64,000 bases of DNA, from NCBI GenBank assembly GCA_963729625.1, contig CAVSOU010000010.1:576001-640000 (forward strand), in the 5' to 3' direction. Below the pieces are notes generated by a model. The model ran no database searches and had not been told where the DNA came from. It saw only the letters and a program-made list of their open reading frames with translations. Position numbers and translations under genes: made by a program. This document shows positions 49,258-59,765 of this stretch, one piece after another. The DNA is from an uncultured bacterium (GTDB taxonomy: Bacteria; Chloroflexota; UBA5177; JANWHV01). Every line of letters begins with the position of its first letter. The stretch's first letter is position 1.

Positions 49258-50954
49258 GTCAGTTGCAATGTCCTCGGCTGGCTGCCTTCGACCATGTCGC
49301 TCAGGCCCAGGCCGGGCGGAATCATGGGGAAGACATTCTCTTCTGGCGCTACCCGGAAATCGATGAGCACCGGACCCGACATGGCGAGCGCCCAGTCCAC
49401 CGCGGATCCTACATCACGGGGATGCTCGACCTGTCGAGCCGGAATGCCATACCCCTCACAGATCTTGACGAAATCCGGCTGGTACATCTTCACGGCGACG
49501 TAATTCTTGTCGTAGAACAGGTCCTGCCATTGCCGCACCATGCCCAAGAAGCCGTTGTTAATGATCGCGATCTTGATCGCGATAGTGTTTTCGGCGATCG
49601 TTGCCAGCTCCTGAATCGTCATCTGAAAGCCGCCGTCGCCCACGATTGCCCATACGGACGCCTCGGGCCTGCCCGACTTGGCGCCCATAGCAGCAGGCAA
49701 GCAGAAGCCCATCGTGCCCAGGCCGCCCGAGCTGATGAACGCCGCTGCCTCGTCATACGCATATTCCTGCGCCGCCCACATCTGATGCTGACCGACGTCG
49801 GCCACAATGACCACTGGCTCTCGCGTGCGCCTGTATATCTCACGAATGGGCATGGTAGATGGAATCGGCAGAGAATCATCGACAGGCGTATGCGGCTCGC
49901 GGCGCTCGGCGCGCCAGCCCTCGATCTGGTCGAGCCAGTCACGATGATCCATCGCCGGCAGTTCCGAATTAAAGGTCCCGAGCACGGACTTGATGTCGCC
50001 CACGATTGGCACCGTGCACTTGACGTTCTTCGAAATCTCCGCCGGGTCGATGTCGATGTGCACGATCTTTGCGTGCGGTGCGAACGTAGACAGCTTACCG
50101 GTCACGCGGTCATCAAATCGCATTCCGACTCCGATAAGGAGGTCAGCCTCCTGAATGGCGAGGTTGGTGTGCGCGTGCCCGTGCATCCCGACCATACCGA
50201 AATACAGCGGATCGGAGCAGGGGTAGCCGCCGAGACCGTGGAGGGTGACCATCACCGGGATTTGTGCTTGCCGTGCAAACTGCTTCAGCTCCTCGGAAGC
50301 CCGCGATACCACCACACCATGCCCGGCCAGGATCAGCGGACGCTTGGCATCCTTGATTACCCCAATCGCCTGGCGCACCTGGCGGACATTGCCGCCCATT
50401 GTCGGTTTGTAGCCAGGCAGATCGATCGTCTCCGGATACCTGAACATCGTCTCCGAAACAAGCACGTCCTTGGGAATATCGATCAGCACTGGTCCAGGTC
50501 GGCCGGTCGACGCGATATGGAACGCCTCCTTGATCACCCGGGCCAGATCTGCCACGTCCCATACCAGGTAGTTGTGCTTCGTGATCGGCAGGGTAATTCC
50601 CGTAGCGTCTATTTCCTGAAAGAAATCTCGGCCTATCCCACTTGTAGGCACCTGACCCGTGATCGCCACGATTGGCACGGAGTCCATGTGTGCATCCGCA
50701 ATTGCCGTAACCAGATTCGTTGCTCCCGGGCCAGAGGTTGCCAAGCACACCCCGACCTTGCCGGTTGCTCGCGCATACCCTTCCGCCGCGTGTCCAGCAG
50801 CCTGCTCGTGACGAACAAGGATGTGCCGGAGATCGGGGTATTCGGGAAAAACGTCATACAGGGGAATGAGCACGCCGCCCGGATAGCCGAAAATGGTGTC
50901 CACTCCCTCACGCATCAGGCTTTCGCACAGTATGCGCGCACCGCTCAGCTTCAT
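49254..50954 (-). CDS. ilvB: Acetolactate synthase large subunit
   Basis: FGYPGG, RHEQ, TSGPGATN, DVGQHQMW, GDGGFQM, GMVRQWQ. Confidence 0.97.
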   Translation of the reverse strand: MKLSGARILCESLMREGVDTIFGYPGGVLIPLYDVFPEYPDLRHILVRHEQAAGHAAEGYARATGKVGVCLATSGPGATNLVTAIADAHMDSVPIVAITGQVPTSGIGRDFFQEIDATGITLPITKHNYLVWDVADLARVIKEAFHIASTGRPGPVLIDIPKDVLVSETMFRYPETIDLPGYKPTMGGNVRQVRQAIGVIKDAKRPLILAGHGVVVSRASEELKQFARQAQIPVMVTLHGLGGYPCSDPLYFGMVGMHGHAHTNLAIQEADLLIGVGMRFDDRVTGKLSTFAPHAKIVHIDIDPAEISKNVKCTVPIVGDIKSVLGTFNSELPAMDHRDWLDQIEGWRAERREPHTPVDDSLPIPSTMPIREIYRRTREPVVIVADVGQHQMWAAQEYAYDEAAAFISSGGLGTMGFCLPAAMGAKSGRPEASVWAIVGDGGFQMTIQELATIAENTIAIKIAIINNGFLGMVRQWQDLFYDKNYVAVKMYQPDFVKICEGYGIPARQVEHPRDVGSAVDWALAMSGPVLIDFRVAPEENVFPMIPPGLGLSDMVEGSQPRTLQLT

Positions 50955-50996
50955 CGCGCCTCCTCGGCCTTGTTGCAGTCTTTCATCCCAATGGGT

Positions 50997-51032
50997 AAAA
51001 AAAAGCCCCTTGTCCTCGACTGGACAAGGGGG
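50997..51032 (-). terminator. T-box intrinsic terminator
   Basis: CCCCTTGTCC-AGTCGA-GGACAAGGGG-C-T8 on the minus strand. Confidence 0.9.
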
Positions 51033-51280
51033 ACGAAATCACCTGCCGTACAGGCGCCCGCGGTACCACCCCACGTTGACCGAGCCCTCTTCGAGGAGGA
51101 ATCGGTCCACTCTACACGATATCGGCGTGCCACCGGCAACCGGCATCCAGCGCTCCGCCGGCTAGCAACGGCGGGACCAGAACGCGAAGCGAGTTCGGAT
51201 CGGAATGTCGCCGGCTTACAGCGCCGCCGGCTCTCTGAAGACCGTTCCGGAGTCCTACTACTCTTCGCTGCCACGAAGCA
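50997..51280 (-). promoter_or_regulatory. T-box riboswitch with a Leu (CUC) specifier
   Basis: Stem I GCGAAG-AGTAGTAG...AGAGA...GCTG.AA...GAA-CTC-G-CTTCGC (specifier at 51193-51191); T-box AACGTGGGGTGGTACCGCGG; terminator follows. Confidence 0.9.
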
Positions 51281-51331
51281 AAATCCCAGGTACACGATAG
51301 CACTCGTGCACCACGCACCTGATTGCTGCTT

Positions 51332-51361
51332 AGCGTACCATTCACAACTAAGGACGGTCAA
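51332..51361 (-). promoter_or_regulatory. Promoter of the ilv-leu operon
   Basis: TTGACC-18 nt-TACGCT with extended -10 TG. Confidence 0.6.
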
Positions 51362-51675
51362 CCCCTGCGCAGGTCGAATCTCAGGGCCTGCACGTAGTTG
51401 TGTGCCGCATCACCCGCTGCGGCGGGTACCCGGGCGGCGATGCTGCCGCGACCCTCACAGCCCACCTTCGGCCAGGCAACATAGAGTCGGGCTCGGCATT
51501 CGGGGCAGCTCCCTGGGTTGCCTCGCTCAGATTGCAGAGCTCAGTTACCCGCGCAGAATGCATCCGGTTTGCAGCGTCGCGCGTAGGGGTAGGTAGAGGT
51601 ACACAGCAACGTTCGAGCTGGTTGCCGCGCACGTGCGGCTCAAACGTCCCCTGTATCAGCGGAGGAGCCAGGCAA

Positions 51676-52356
51676 ATGGATAACAGACCACTACCGAAGC
51701 CGAGACCGATGCACATCGGCCGGAACGTGTTCCTTGCCGCGCTCGGCGCCGGCGTCGTCGGATTGGCTGTCGGGGGAAAGCGCTTGCCAGGCTTCAATCT
51801 GATCGCGTCCGCGTTCTCCGTGAACGGCTTTCAGATCTACACGACCAGCGGCATTCCGCAATTGACCGCCAAGAACTACAGCCTCAAGGTCGACGGCCTG
51901 GTCGGAAACCCGTCCACCTACACGCTCGCAGACCTCCTGGCGATGCCGAGCACGAAGATCGTCAAGGATTACCATTGCGTTACGGGGTGGGTCGTCCCCC
52001 AGTGTCGCTGGGAAGGGATCAAGCTCAGCGACTTCCTGGCCGCGCTTCAACCTACGTCGCAAGCGAAATACGTGTTGCTATCATCTGCCGACGGCAGCTA
52101 CACGGAAAGCCTCAGCCTCGATCAGGCCCACCTGCCCGACGTGCTTCTCGGCTACAAGTTGAATGACGCGCCGCTCTCGGCGGAGCAGGGATACCCGCTC
52201 CGTTTGGTGATACCCGACATGTACGGTTTCAAGTACATCAAGTGGGTGAACCGGATCACCCTTAGCAAGGAGCTTCAAACCGGCTATTGGGAGCAGCGCG
52301 GCTACGCTACCGATGCGTGGCTCGGGCCACGCAGTAATTACGGCTATGCAACATAG
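51676..52356 (+). CDS. Molybdopterin-dependent oxidoreductase (sulfite oxidase/MsrP-like)
   Basis: YHCVTGW (Moco Cys), WEGI.L, L..EQGYPLRLVIP.MYGFKYIKWV..I, GYWEQRGY; N-terminal TM or Tat-like segment; GGAGGAG RBS. Confidence 0.88.
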   Translation: MDNRPLPKPRPMHIGRNVFLAALGAGVVGLAVGGKRLPGFNLIASAFSVNGFQIYTTSGIPQLTAKNYSLKVDGLVGNPSTYTLADLLAMPSTKIVKDYHCVTGWVVPQCRWEGIKLSDFLAALQPTSQAKYVLLSSADGSYTESLSLDQAHLPDVLLGYKLNDAPLSAEQGYPLRLVIPDMYGFKYIKWVNRITLSKELQTGYWEQRGYATDAWLGPRSNYGYAT

Positions 52357-52433
52357 GTCGTCGTCGAGAGGGGAATCGCGGGTGCACTATCGCTCGATAA
52401 GCATCCGCGTTCGACCGCGGACCGGCACGCCGG

Positions 52434-53240
52434 TTACCGGCTATGAACCTCGGCGCCCGTGATCAGGCGCACGACCTGTTCCATGCTGGTCTCAGCCGTG
52501 CGTACCGTGCCGGCGTGAGCGCCGTGCCGCAGGACGTAGATGCGGTCGGTTACCTCGAATACGTGCGGCATGTTGTGGCTGATCAGAATCACTGCCACGC
52601 CCTGTGCGCGCACGCGCTTGATCAAGTCGAGCACGCTGCGCGCCTCTTTCACACCAAGGGCGGCAGTCGGCTCGTCCAGGATCACGATCTTGCGGCTCCA
52701 CGCCACCGCGCGCGCCACAGCTACCCCTTGGCGCTGGCCGCCGGAGAGCGTGCCTACCGACTGTCGAACCGACGTGATTCCGATACGCAGGACCGAGATG
52801 CTCTCCATGGCATGCCTGCGCATCGACCGCTTGTTGAGGATATGCAGGAACGAAAAGGGGCCGGTTACTATCTCCTCGCGCCCGAGAAACAGATTGGCTC
52901 CGATATCCAGCAGAGGCACCACGGCAAGATCCTGGTAGACGGTCTCGATGCCGGCGCGGCGCGCATCGAGCGGATTATGAAATGTCACGCTCCGACCATC
53001 AATGGCGATCCGTCCGGCATCGGGGCTCAAGGCGCCGGCGAGAATCTTGATAAATGTAGACTTGCCGGCGCCGTTATCGCCGACAATGCCCACCACCTCG
53101 GCCGGATACAGCGCGAAGTCGACACCGCGGAGCGCATGAACGGGACCAAATGCCTTGCTCACGCCATGAGCCTCCAGCACTGGCGCAGCGGACCCTGCGG
53201 CGGTCACCCCACGACTCGGCACGTCCTGCATTTGCTGCAT
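52434..53240 (-). CDS. Monosaccharide ABC transporter ATP-binding protein (single NBD)
   Basis: GDNGAGKST, VYQDLA, LSGGQRQ, ILDEPTAALG, ISHN. Confidence 0.93.
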   Translation of the reverse strand: MQQMQDVPSRGVTAAGSAAPVLEAHGVSKAFGPVHALRGVDFALYPAEVVGIVGDNGAGKSTFIKILAGALSPDAGRIAIDGRSVTFHNPLDARRAGIETVYQDLAVVPLLDIGANLFLGREEIVTGPFSFLHILNKRSMRRHAMESISVLRIGITSVRQSVGTLSGGQRQGVAVARAVAWSRKIVILDEPTAALGVKEARSVLDLIKRVRAQGVAVILISHNMPHVFEVTDRIYVLRHGAHAGTVRTAETSMEQVVRLITGAEVHSR

Positions 53241-53286
53241 CGTATTGGTCCTCTGCTGGTCAGTTTGAGTGCGGCATGCACCGGCC

Positions 53287-53324
53287 TGGTGCTGGTCCCT
53301 CGACGGCTCTCGGGACCAGCACCA
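53287..53324 (-). other. 13-bp intergenic stem-loop downstream of the binding-protein gene
   Basis: TGGTGCTGGTCCC...GGGACCAGCACCA, no U-tract. Confidence 0.7.
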
Positions 53325-53368
53325 ATCGCCGCGTGTCCCGCGGACACGTGGCCTACACTACGACCGTA

Positions 53369-54463
53369 TTACTTGCCCATCAGCGGTTTGTCGTGGAGGA
53401 GCGCGCCAAAGGCCGCGGCGGCGCTTGCAGGGTCCTTGGCCACTTGCCAAAGATGCACGTACGGGCCAATGTTGGCCTTCGTCACCACCGGGCTGGCCTG
53501 CGGGACGAAGGATGGGAACTTCTTTCCTTTCAGCAACTCGTGGATGATCTGGACCGACTCGTAACCCCAGCCCCAATAGTCCTGCCCGACCAGCGCCGCG
53601 ATCTGGCCCCTTTGCACCCAGGGAAGCTCCGGCGCCAGGTAGTCGAAGGAAACGACCTTGAGGCCGGCCTTGGTGGCTTTGGTCAAGTTAGGCAACGTGG
53701 CATTGGTGAACAGCGCCCAACCACCGACCCAAATCATGGCGGTAAGGTCGGGGTACTTGGTGACGGCGAGCTCGATGTCCTGGATACAGATTTGCGCGGA
53801 GTCATTGGCAGCGTATGCGGTCTCCACGATTGTGAGGTTCTTCGCCAGCGCATTCTTGACGCCCGCGACGCGCTTGTTAAGGTTGTCCGCTCCCGGATCG
53901 CCGCTCAGCACCCACACTTTGCCCGGCTTGCCGGCAGCCCACCCGTTGACGAGCTTGGATTCAAGCTGGCCGCACGCGTAGCCATCCACGCCGTAGAAAA
54001 CCGGACGCTTGCTATCGGGGGAGTCGGAGTCCCAGGTCATCACCGTGATGCCCTTGCTGATGGCATAATCGATCGGCTGCTTCAACGGCCCAGGCGCATT
54101 GCAGCTGATCCCGATCCCGTCGTAACCGGCGGCGATCAGGCCATCGACCACCGTCACCTGTGGTGCAGCATCGGACACCGCGGATCCGGTATACGTGAAG
54201 TCGACGTCTCCCAGCTCCTTCGCGCGCCAGGCGCCGCCCCAGTTGGCGGTGTTAAATACCGGGTTGTCCAGCCCCTTCGGGATAATGGCGATGCGATACT
54301 TCTTGCTGATAGTGGCCGGGGCGGCCATCGTGCCGCGCGGCCAAGCGGCGGTGACCGCCAGCCCGGCGGCTGCCACGGCGCCGGCCTTGAGCATGCCGGC
54401 ACGGCTGACCTTAGCGCCCAAAGGGCTTACAACTGCCTCGTCACGAGTCAAATCATCGGCCAT
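53369..54463 (-). CDS. CUT2 (RbsB-like) sugar-binding protein
   Basis: IPKGLDNPVF, DGIGIS, TWDSD, R..G, VSFD, LVGQ..WGY; Tat-like SRAGML leader. Confidence 0.9.
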   Translation of the reverse strand: MADDLTRDEAVVSPLGAKVSRAGMLKAGAVAAAGLAVTAAWPRGTMAAPATISKKYRIAIIPKGLDNPVFNTANWGGAWRAKELGDVDFTYTGSAVSDAAPQVTVVDGLIAAGYDGIGISCNAPGPLKQPIDYAISKGITVMTWDSDSPDSKRPVFYGVDGYACGQLESKLVNGWAAGKPGKVWVLSGDPGADNLNKRVAGVKNALAKNLTIVETAYAANDSAQICIQDIELAVTKYPDLTAMIWVGGWALFTNATLPNLTKATKAGLKVVSFDYLAPELPWVQRGQIAALVGQDYWGWGYESVQIIHELLKGKKFPSFVPQASPVVTKANIGPYVHLWQVAKDPASAAAAFGALLHDKPLMGK

Positions 54464-54719
54464 GATAACGTCTCCTCCATAGTCCTGTTCAACGAGCGTA
54501 CTCCACCGCGATCCGCGGCGTGAGCTTCCGTCACAGCGCCAGGTGTATGCCCTGCCGCTGCAACCGGGGTGGACTGCCTGAGCCCTACGTGTGCCGCGCC
54601 TCCTTCCTCACTTCACGCTCGCCTCCCGCTTCAACCGCGGCAGGCCGGCGACGTTCCGCTCCAGGCATCGCAGGGGCCGCGCCGAATTCCCCCGCGGCCA
54701 GATTACCAAGAAGCCAAAG

Positions 54720-55781
54720 TCAGACGCGACGCAGGCGGCGGCGCACCTGGTCCACCGTGACGGCAAGCAGGATCACGGCGCCGATCACCAGATCCTGCCA
54801 GTAGTTACCCCAGCCCAGTATCTCGAGCCCGTTCTGAATCAGCGCCAGCAACGCGGCACCGATCACCACGCCGAAGATGCTCCCCTCTCCGCCGGTCAGG
54901 CTCGCACCGCCGATGACCGCGGAGGCGATGCAGATCAGCTCGTCTCCCTGGCCGTTGTTGGGCAGCGCCGATCCTAACCGCGCCGTCAGCACCATACCGC
55001 CAATTGCCGAGAGCAATCCGGCCAGGATGTACATCATGAATTTGACGCGGTTGACTTTGATACCCAGGAGCCGCGCCGCGCTCTCATTGCCGCCCACGGC
55101 GAGGATGTGACGTCCCCATGTCGTATTGTTCAGGAAGAAGTGGCACAACACCGCCAGCGCCAACAGCAAGAAAACCGAGATAGGGATCGGCCCCCACGAA
55201 TTCTGACCAATGGCGTTGAACGTGGTGGCGCTGACGTTGGTCGGGGAGACAATCTGACCGCTGGGGATCCCAGTCGCGAGGCCGCGCAATGCGCTCAGCA
55301 TACCCAGGGTTACGATGAACGGCAGGAGCCGGACGAACGTGATCATGAAGGCGTTGACCATGCCAATCAGCGCGCCGGCACCAAGGCCGACGAGGATACA
55401 CAGACCAAGCGGCCAGCCGTTAGCGAGCGCCTCCGCGGTAACCAAGCCGACCAAGCCCATCGTCGAGCCCAACGAGAGGTCGATGCCGCCTCCGCAGAGC
55501 ACGATTGTCGATCCGAGCGCGGCGATGGCGATGTAGGAGAAGTCAATGCCGACCAAGGAGAGATTGTTCTGGGTAGGAAAGATAGTCGGGTATTCGATGG
55601 TGAGGTAGGCGCACAGGGCAATAATGAAGACCAGCACGCCAATCCACGGTATCATCAGCAGTCGCTGCGGTAGCGACAGGGTAGGCGCTAGCGCTGCTTC
55701 GATGTCGCCGTCACCGCCGAGAGGTAGATCTGCCCCCGGAATGGCACTGCCCTCAGTCACTGTCGAGCCTGGCCGAGCCAT
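54720..55781 (-). CDS. CUT2 (RbsC-like) sugar ABC permease
   Basis: GGIDLS.G, PFIVTLG, GR...AVGGN..AA.L.GI, IASAVIGGASL.GG.GS. Confidence 0.93.
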   Translation of the reverse strand: MARPGSTVTEGSAIPGADLPLGGDGDIEAALAPTLSLPQRLLMIPWIGVLVFIIALCAYLTIEYPTIFPTQNNLSLVGIDFSYIAIAALGSTIVLCGGGIDLSLGSTMGLVGLVTAEALANGWPLGLCILVGLGAGALIGMVNAFMITFVRLLPFIVTLGMLSALRGLATGIPSGQIVSPTNVSATTFNAIGQNSWGPIPISVFLLLALAVLCHFFLNNTTWGRHILAVGGNESAARLLGIKVNRVKFMMYILAGLLSAIGGMVLTARLGSALPNNGQGDELICIASAVIGGASLTGGEGSIFGVVIGAALLALIQNGLEILGWGNYWQDLVIGAVILLAVTVDQVRRRLRRV

Positions 55782-56020
55782 CCTCCCGCCCCTCCCGTAT
55801 TCGGTAGGTATCCCCAGCAGCAGAAAACATCACACCCTGGCGTTATGCATCCAGAGTGCAATGGGGTTGGATCCGAATCCTGAAAGTCACCAGAAACCAC
55901 AAAGGCCGGATGAGACAGCTGAGTTGATACAACACGCTACACGATAAATGCAGCACAGAATCTACTGATGGGGATTAGATTATTCACTGTACTTACAAAT
56001 TTAGCGCTCCTGTTGGACCT

Positions 56021-56050
56021 AGCTTATACTACGCCGCCGCGGAGTGTCAA
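56021..56050 (-). promoter_or_regulatory. Candidate promoter of the CUT2 ABC operon
   Basis: TTGACA followed by TATAAG (16 nt) or TAAGCT (18 nt), upstream of an AT-richer leader. Confidence 0.5.
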
Positions 56051-56231
56051 CCAGGATGGGAAAGCCGTCCCAGACCCTTACCAACGTCAAGGAATCTCCG
56101 CTTGAAAGCGGGTGGCAGGGTTCTCGCCGGATAAAAACTGGCGAGGGCGGCAACCGCCACAGCCGGATTCATCCGGCCCATCGTTGCTTCCCGACCCTCC
56201 GGCTGGTACCCCGTTGAGCCGGAGGACGCAA

Positions 56232-57905
56232 TCAATGCGCGCGCCCGGCCCGGTACATGGAAACCAATATCCAGAGCCCGAGGACGAGGGCGCCCACCAG
56301 CCCGGCCGCGAACAGAAAGAGCAGAAACAGCGACCCGTGGGATGTCTCCACCACCTGGAGCAGCAGCGCCAGCCCCACGATGAACGCGGCCGCCAGGATG
56401 GTTACTGACAGCCTGTTCACCATGTGGTTGAGGTCGCGCATCAACGCCTCCATGCCTTCCGGCCGGACCGCCACGCCGATATCGCCACGCTCGACTCGAG
56501 CCAGCAGGCGCTGCGCGCGCTGAGGAAACGTGGTAGCCAGATCGAGCATGGCGCCAAGACTGAGCACCGCTGCCTGACCGTCGAGCTTGGGAAAGTACAG
56601 CCTCCGCATGGCGTTCTCGATGTAGGGCCGCGCCTCCTCTACCAGATGAAACTGCGGATCTAGCCGAGACCCAAGACCTTCGTGCATTGCGAGCGTCTTG
56701 GCCATCAGCGCGAGATCACCGCGCAACACGAGGCGGTGCCGGCGAGCAAGGCGGAACAGGTCCGCGAGCACCTTGCCCAGAGCAATGTCTTGCAGGCGAG
56801 CATCGTGATAGCGCCCCAGCACGCGCCGCATGTCCGCGCGCAACTCCTGGCTCCTGGTCCCTGTACGGGCCACGCCGAGGGCCATCAGGCCTTCAGCTAA
56901 CCCGTCCGCATCCTCACGTACCCAGGATGCCAGTAGCAGCAGCAGCTCGCGCCGCGTAGCGTCGTCCAGCACGCCCATGAGGCCAAAATCGACAATGCCA
57001 ATAGCACCGTCCCCGCGAATCAGGTAGTTGCCAGGATGTGGATCCGCGTGGAAATAGCCGTGATCGAATATCTGCTGGAGCACCGAGCCCGACAGCGCAC
57101 GCGCGATCCGGCACCGATCGACGCCAAGACGTACAAGCCCGGCAAGGTCACTGATCTTGATGCCGTCGATTCGTCCGAGCGTGAGGACGCGAGATGTCGT
57201 GAAGTCCCAGTGAACCGCGGGGACCACGAGGTTCGCGTCCTCGGATGCAAGGCGCGCGAATCGCTCGGCATTGCGAGCCTCATGCAGGTAGTCGACCTCC
57301 TCCCGCAAACCATCGGAGAACTGATCGACGGTTTCCTCGAGATTCCAGATGAGGGGCAGGTCGATTCGGGTCGCGGCGATACGCGAAAGGTTGTGGATGA
57401 TCTGGAGATCGAGCTCGATATCGGCGACAATGCCGGGCTTCTGCACTTTCACTGCCACACTCGTGCCATCGGCCAGTGTGGCGGCGTGAACCTGGCCAAT
57501 CGAAGCCGTGGCAAGGGGGACCGGGTCGAAGTAGGCGAACAGCTTGTCCGGTGGAGCGCCCAACTCCCGCTCGATCACTCCACAGACGGAGTCGAAGCCC
57601 ACGGGCGCGAGCGCATCCTGCAACGTGCTCAGCGCGGCGATGTATTCCTCCGGCAGCAGATCCGGACGTGTGCTCAATATCTGGCCGAGCTTGATAAAGG
57701 TGGTGCCAAGCTCTTCGAGCGCGTTGCGCAGTGACTGCGGCCGACCAAGGAGCCCAGCACGTCGCACGATGGGCAGCCGGCTATGCTGTACGAGCAGTCC
57801 GAAACCGTGGCGGGTCAGGACAGCAACGACATGCCGTTCGCGGCCCAGTCGGCTCCGCCGAGGCCCGGGACTCACGGTTGGAAGCGGCGGCTGAACCTGC
57901 TGCAT
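56232..57905 (-). CDS. ABC1/UbiB (AarF) family atypical kinase
   Basis: FIKLGQILSTRPDL, ASIGQVH, VAVKVQ, FHADPHPGN, DFG, two C-terminal TM helices. Confidence 0.93.
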   Translation of the reverse strand: MQQVQPPLPTVSPGPRRSRLGRERHVVAVLTRHGFGLLVQHSRLPIVRRAGLLGRPQSLRNALEELGTTFIKLGQILSTRPDLLPEEYIAALSTLQDALAPVGFDSVCGVIERELGAPPDKLFAYFDPVPLATASIGQVHAATLADGTSVAVKVQKPGIVADIELDLQIIHNLSRIAATRIDLPLIWNLEETVDQFSDGLREEVDYLHEARNAERFARLASEDANLVVPAVHWDFTTSRVLTLGRIDGIKISDLAGLVRLGVDRCRIARALSGSVLQQIFDHGYFHADPHPGNYLIRGDGAIGIVDFGLMGVLDDATRRELLLLLASWVREDADGLAEGLMALGVARTGTRSQELRADMRRVLGRYHDARLQDIALGKVLADLFRLARRHRLVLRGDLALMAKTLAMHEGLGSRLDPQFHLVEEARPYIENAMRRLYFPKLDGQAAVLSLGAMLDLATTFPQRAQRLLARVERGDIGVAVRPEGMEALMRDLNHMVNRLSVTILAAAFIVGLALLLQVVETSHGSLFLLFLFAAGLVGALVLGLWILVSMYRAGRAH

Positions 57906-58093
57906 TGGCCTCGACTCCCATTGGCATTGTACTAGGGCTCACACAATTGACCAATCGTCACGACGCGTCGCGGGGCCCGAATGGGCACATGTCACGCGCG
58001 AACCGTCGATCACTGCCAAAGCACGTGCGCGATTTCCTTGCCGGCGGTACAACGTATAGCGGTGTCGGAACGTCTAGTCGAAAGGATGGCCAC

Positions 58094-58885
58094 GTGACCT
58101 CGGCGTGTATCTTGACAATAGACGTCGGGAACACCAACTCGGTCTTTGCCATCTTCGAAGGTGAAGAGCTGGTGGGAAGTTGGCGCTTGGCAACCGCAAC
58201 CGACCGAACGGCCGATGAGTACGCGGCCATGTTGATGCCGCTGCTGGCGAATGCGGGCCTGGACCACGAGGCGGTGACCGGCGCGGTCATCGCGAGTGTC
58301 GTGCCGCCCCTGACTGCCGTTATGGCCGAGCTTGTCGTCCGCTATTGGTCGGTTAGGCCTCTACTGGTAAGCCACGAGCTCCGCACCGGCTTCTCAATCA
58401 AGTACGACCGACCACGGGAAGTCGGCGCCGACCGCATCTGCGATGCGGTTGCCACGCGCATCCTCTACGGCACGCCGGCAATTATCATCGACTTTGGCAC
58501 GGCCACGACGTTCAACGCGATGGACGCAGCAGGTGACTATCTGGGCGGCGCCATTGCCCCCGGCATCAACATCTCGATGGAGGCTCTGGCTCGCTACGCC
58601 GCGCAACTCCAGCGCATCGAGCTGGCAGCCCCTCCGTCCGCGATTGGACGCAACACCGTGCACGCGATGCAGTCCGGCGTCTTTCTGGGCTACATAGGAC
58701 TTGTCGAGTCGATGACCAGACGATTCCAGGAGGAGCTGGGCGGCAGCGCGCGAGTTATTGCTACCGGCGGACGCTCGACTCTTCTTGGGCCTGCGATCCC
58801 GTGCATCGAAGTGATCGATCCGCTTCTCACCGTCAAAGGTCTACGATACATCTGGGATCTGAACCAGCCCGTACCGGAGCTCTAG
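58094..58885 (+). CDS. coaX: Type III pantothenate kinase
   Basis: IDVGNTN, SVVP, VGADR, DFGTATT, GGAIAPG, IATGG. Start moved to GTG 58094. Confidence 0.95.
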   Translation: MTSACILTIDVGNTNSVFAIFEGEELVGSWRLATATDRTADEYAAMLMPLLANAGLDHEAVTGAVIASVVPPLTAVMAELVVRYWSVRPLLVSHELRTGFSIKYDRPREVGADRICDAVATRILYGTPAIIIDFGTATTFNAMDAAGDYLGGAIAPGINISMEALARYAAQLQRIELAAPPSAIGRNTVHAMQSGVFLGYIGLVESMTRRFQEELGGSARVIATGGRSTLLGPAIPCIEVIDPLLTVKGLRYIWDLNQPVPEL

Positions 58886-58887
58886 CC

Positions 58888-59718
58888 GTGATTGTCGAAG
58901 CACATGCCAAGCTCAACCTGACGCTCGAAGTGCTGGGGAAGCGTTCCGATGGTTACCACGAGATTCGCTCCGTGATGCGTTCCCTGGCGTTGCACGACCT
59001 CATCGAGATCGATCTGGCGCCGGAAATCGACGTCGCGTGTGACGTCGAAGGGCTCAGCGGGGCAGACAACCTGGCATTTCATGCTGCCGAGCTGCTTCGT
59101 GACGCGACCGGCACGTCGCTCGGTGCGCGTATAGCCATCCGCAAGCTGATACCGGTGGCGGCCGGTCTCGGCGGCGGGAGCAGTGATGCCGCTGCCACGC
59201 TGAGAGCGCTGAACAGACTGTGGCAGACCCACGTCAGCGCTGACGAGCTCGCCGCGCTCGCGGCTGAACTCGGAACGGACGTGCCGTACTTTCTTATGGG
59301 CGGGACCGCACTCGCCAGGGGCCGCGGAGACGAGGTCTCACGGCTCCCAGACCAGAGCGACTGCCAGGTGGTGCTGGTCAACCCGGGATTCGGCGTTTCA
59401 ACCGCTGAGGTCTATGAGGGCGTAACGTCGGCAATGTATACGTCCGGTGAGGCGAGCTCGCGATTCGCCGAGCTGCCGGCCAACTCCCCGGTGGCGCTTT
59501 GGCCCCTGGTCAACGCGCTTCATGCGGTGACAATCGCCATACGACCCGAAGTTGCCGAGATCCTGGAGTACATGCAGTCCTGGGGCGCGATCCAGACCCA
59601 GATGTGCGGGAGCGGACCGACCTGTTTCGGGCTGTTCGTCGAGCCTGCGCGCGCGACCGCGGCGGTGCACGCGGCGGAAACCCACCACTGGAAGGCGTGG
59701 CACACCCACTTCATCTAA
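58888..59718 (+). CDS. ispE: 4-diphosphocytidyl-2-C-methyl-D-erythritol kinase
   Basis: AKLNL.L, DGYHE, IPVAAGLGGGSSDAA, G.DVP, GSG.TCF. Confidence 0.95.
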   Translation: MIVEAHAKLNLTLEVLGKRSDGYHEIRSVMRSLALHDLIEIDLAPEIDVACDVEGLSGADNLAFHAAELLRDATGTSLGARIAIRKLIPVAAGLGGGSSDAAATLRALNRLWQTHVSADELAALAAELGTDVPYFLMGGTALARGRGDEVSRLPDQSDCQVVLVNPGFGVSTAEVYEGVTSAMYTSGEASSRFAELPANSPVALWPLVNALHAVTIAIRPEVAEILEYMQSWGAIQTQMCGSGPTCFGLFVEPARATAAVHAAETHHWKAWHTHFI

Positions 59719-59765
59719 TGCGCCGCATCTGTGACCAACAGCCCCCGACAGAACGCTCCGGCCGC

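Noticed and set aside
49263-51596. 777-aa plus-strand ORF
   Set aside because: Antisense shadow of ilvB and the T-box; no recognisable motifs; expected from high-GC codon bias.
51440-51675. Moco riboswitch upstream of the molybdoenzyme gene
   Set aside because: Some stems are present but none of the Moco motif conserved blocks I can recognise.
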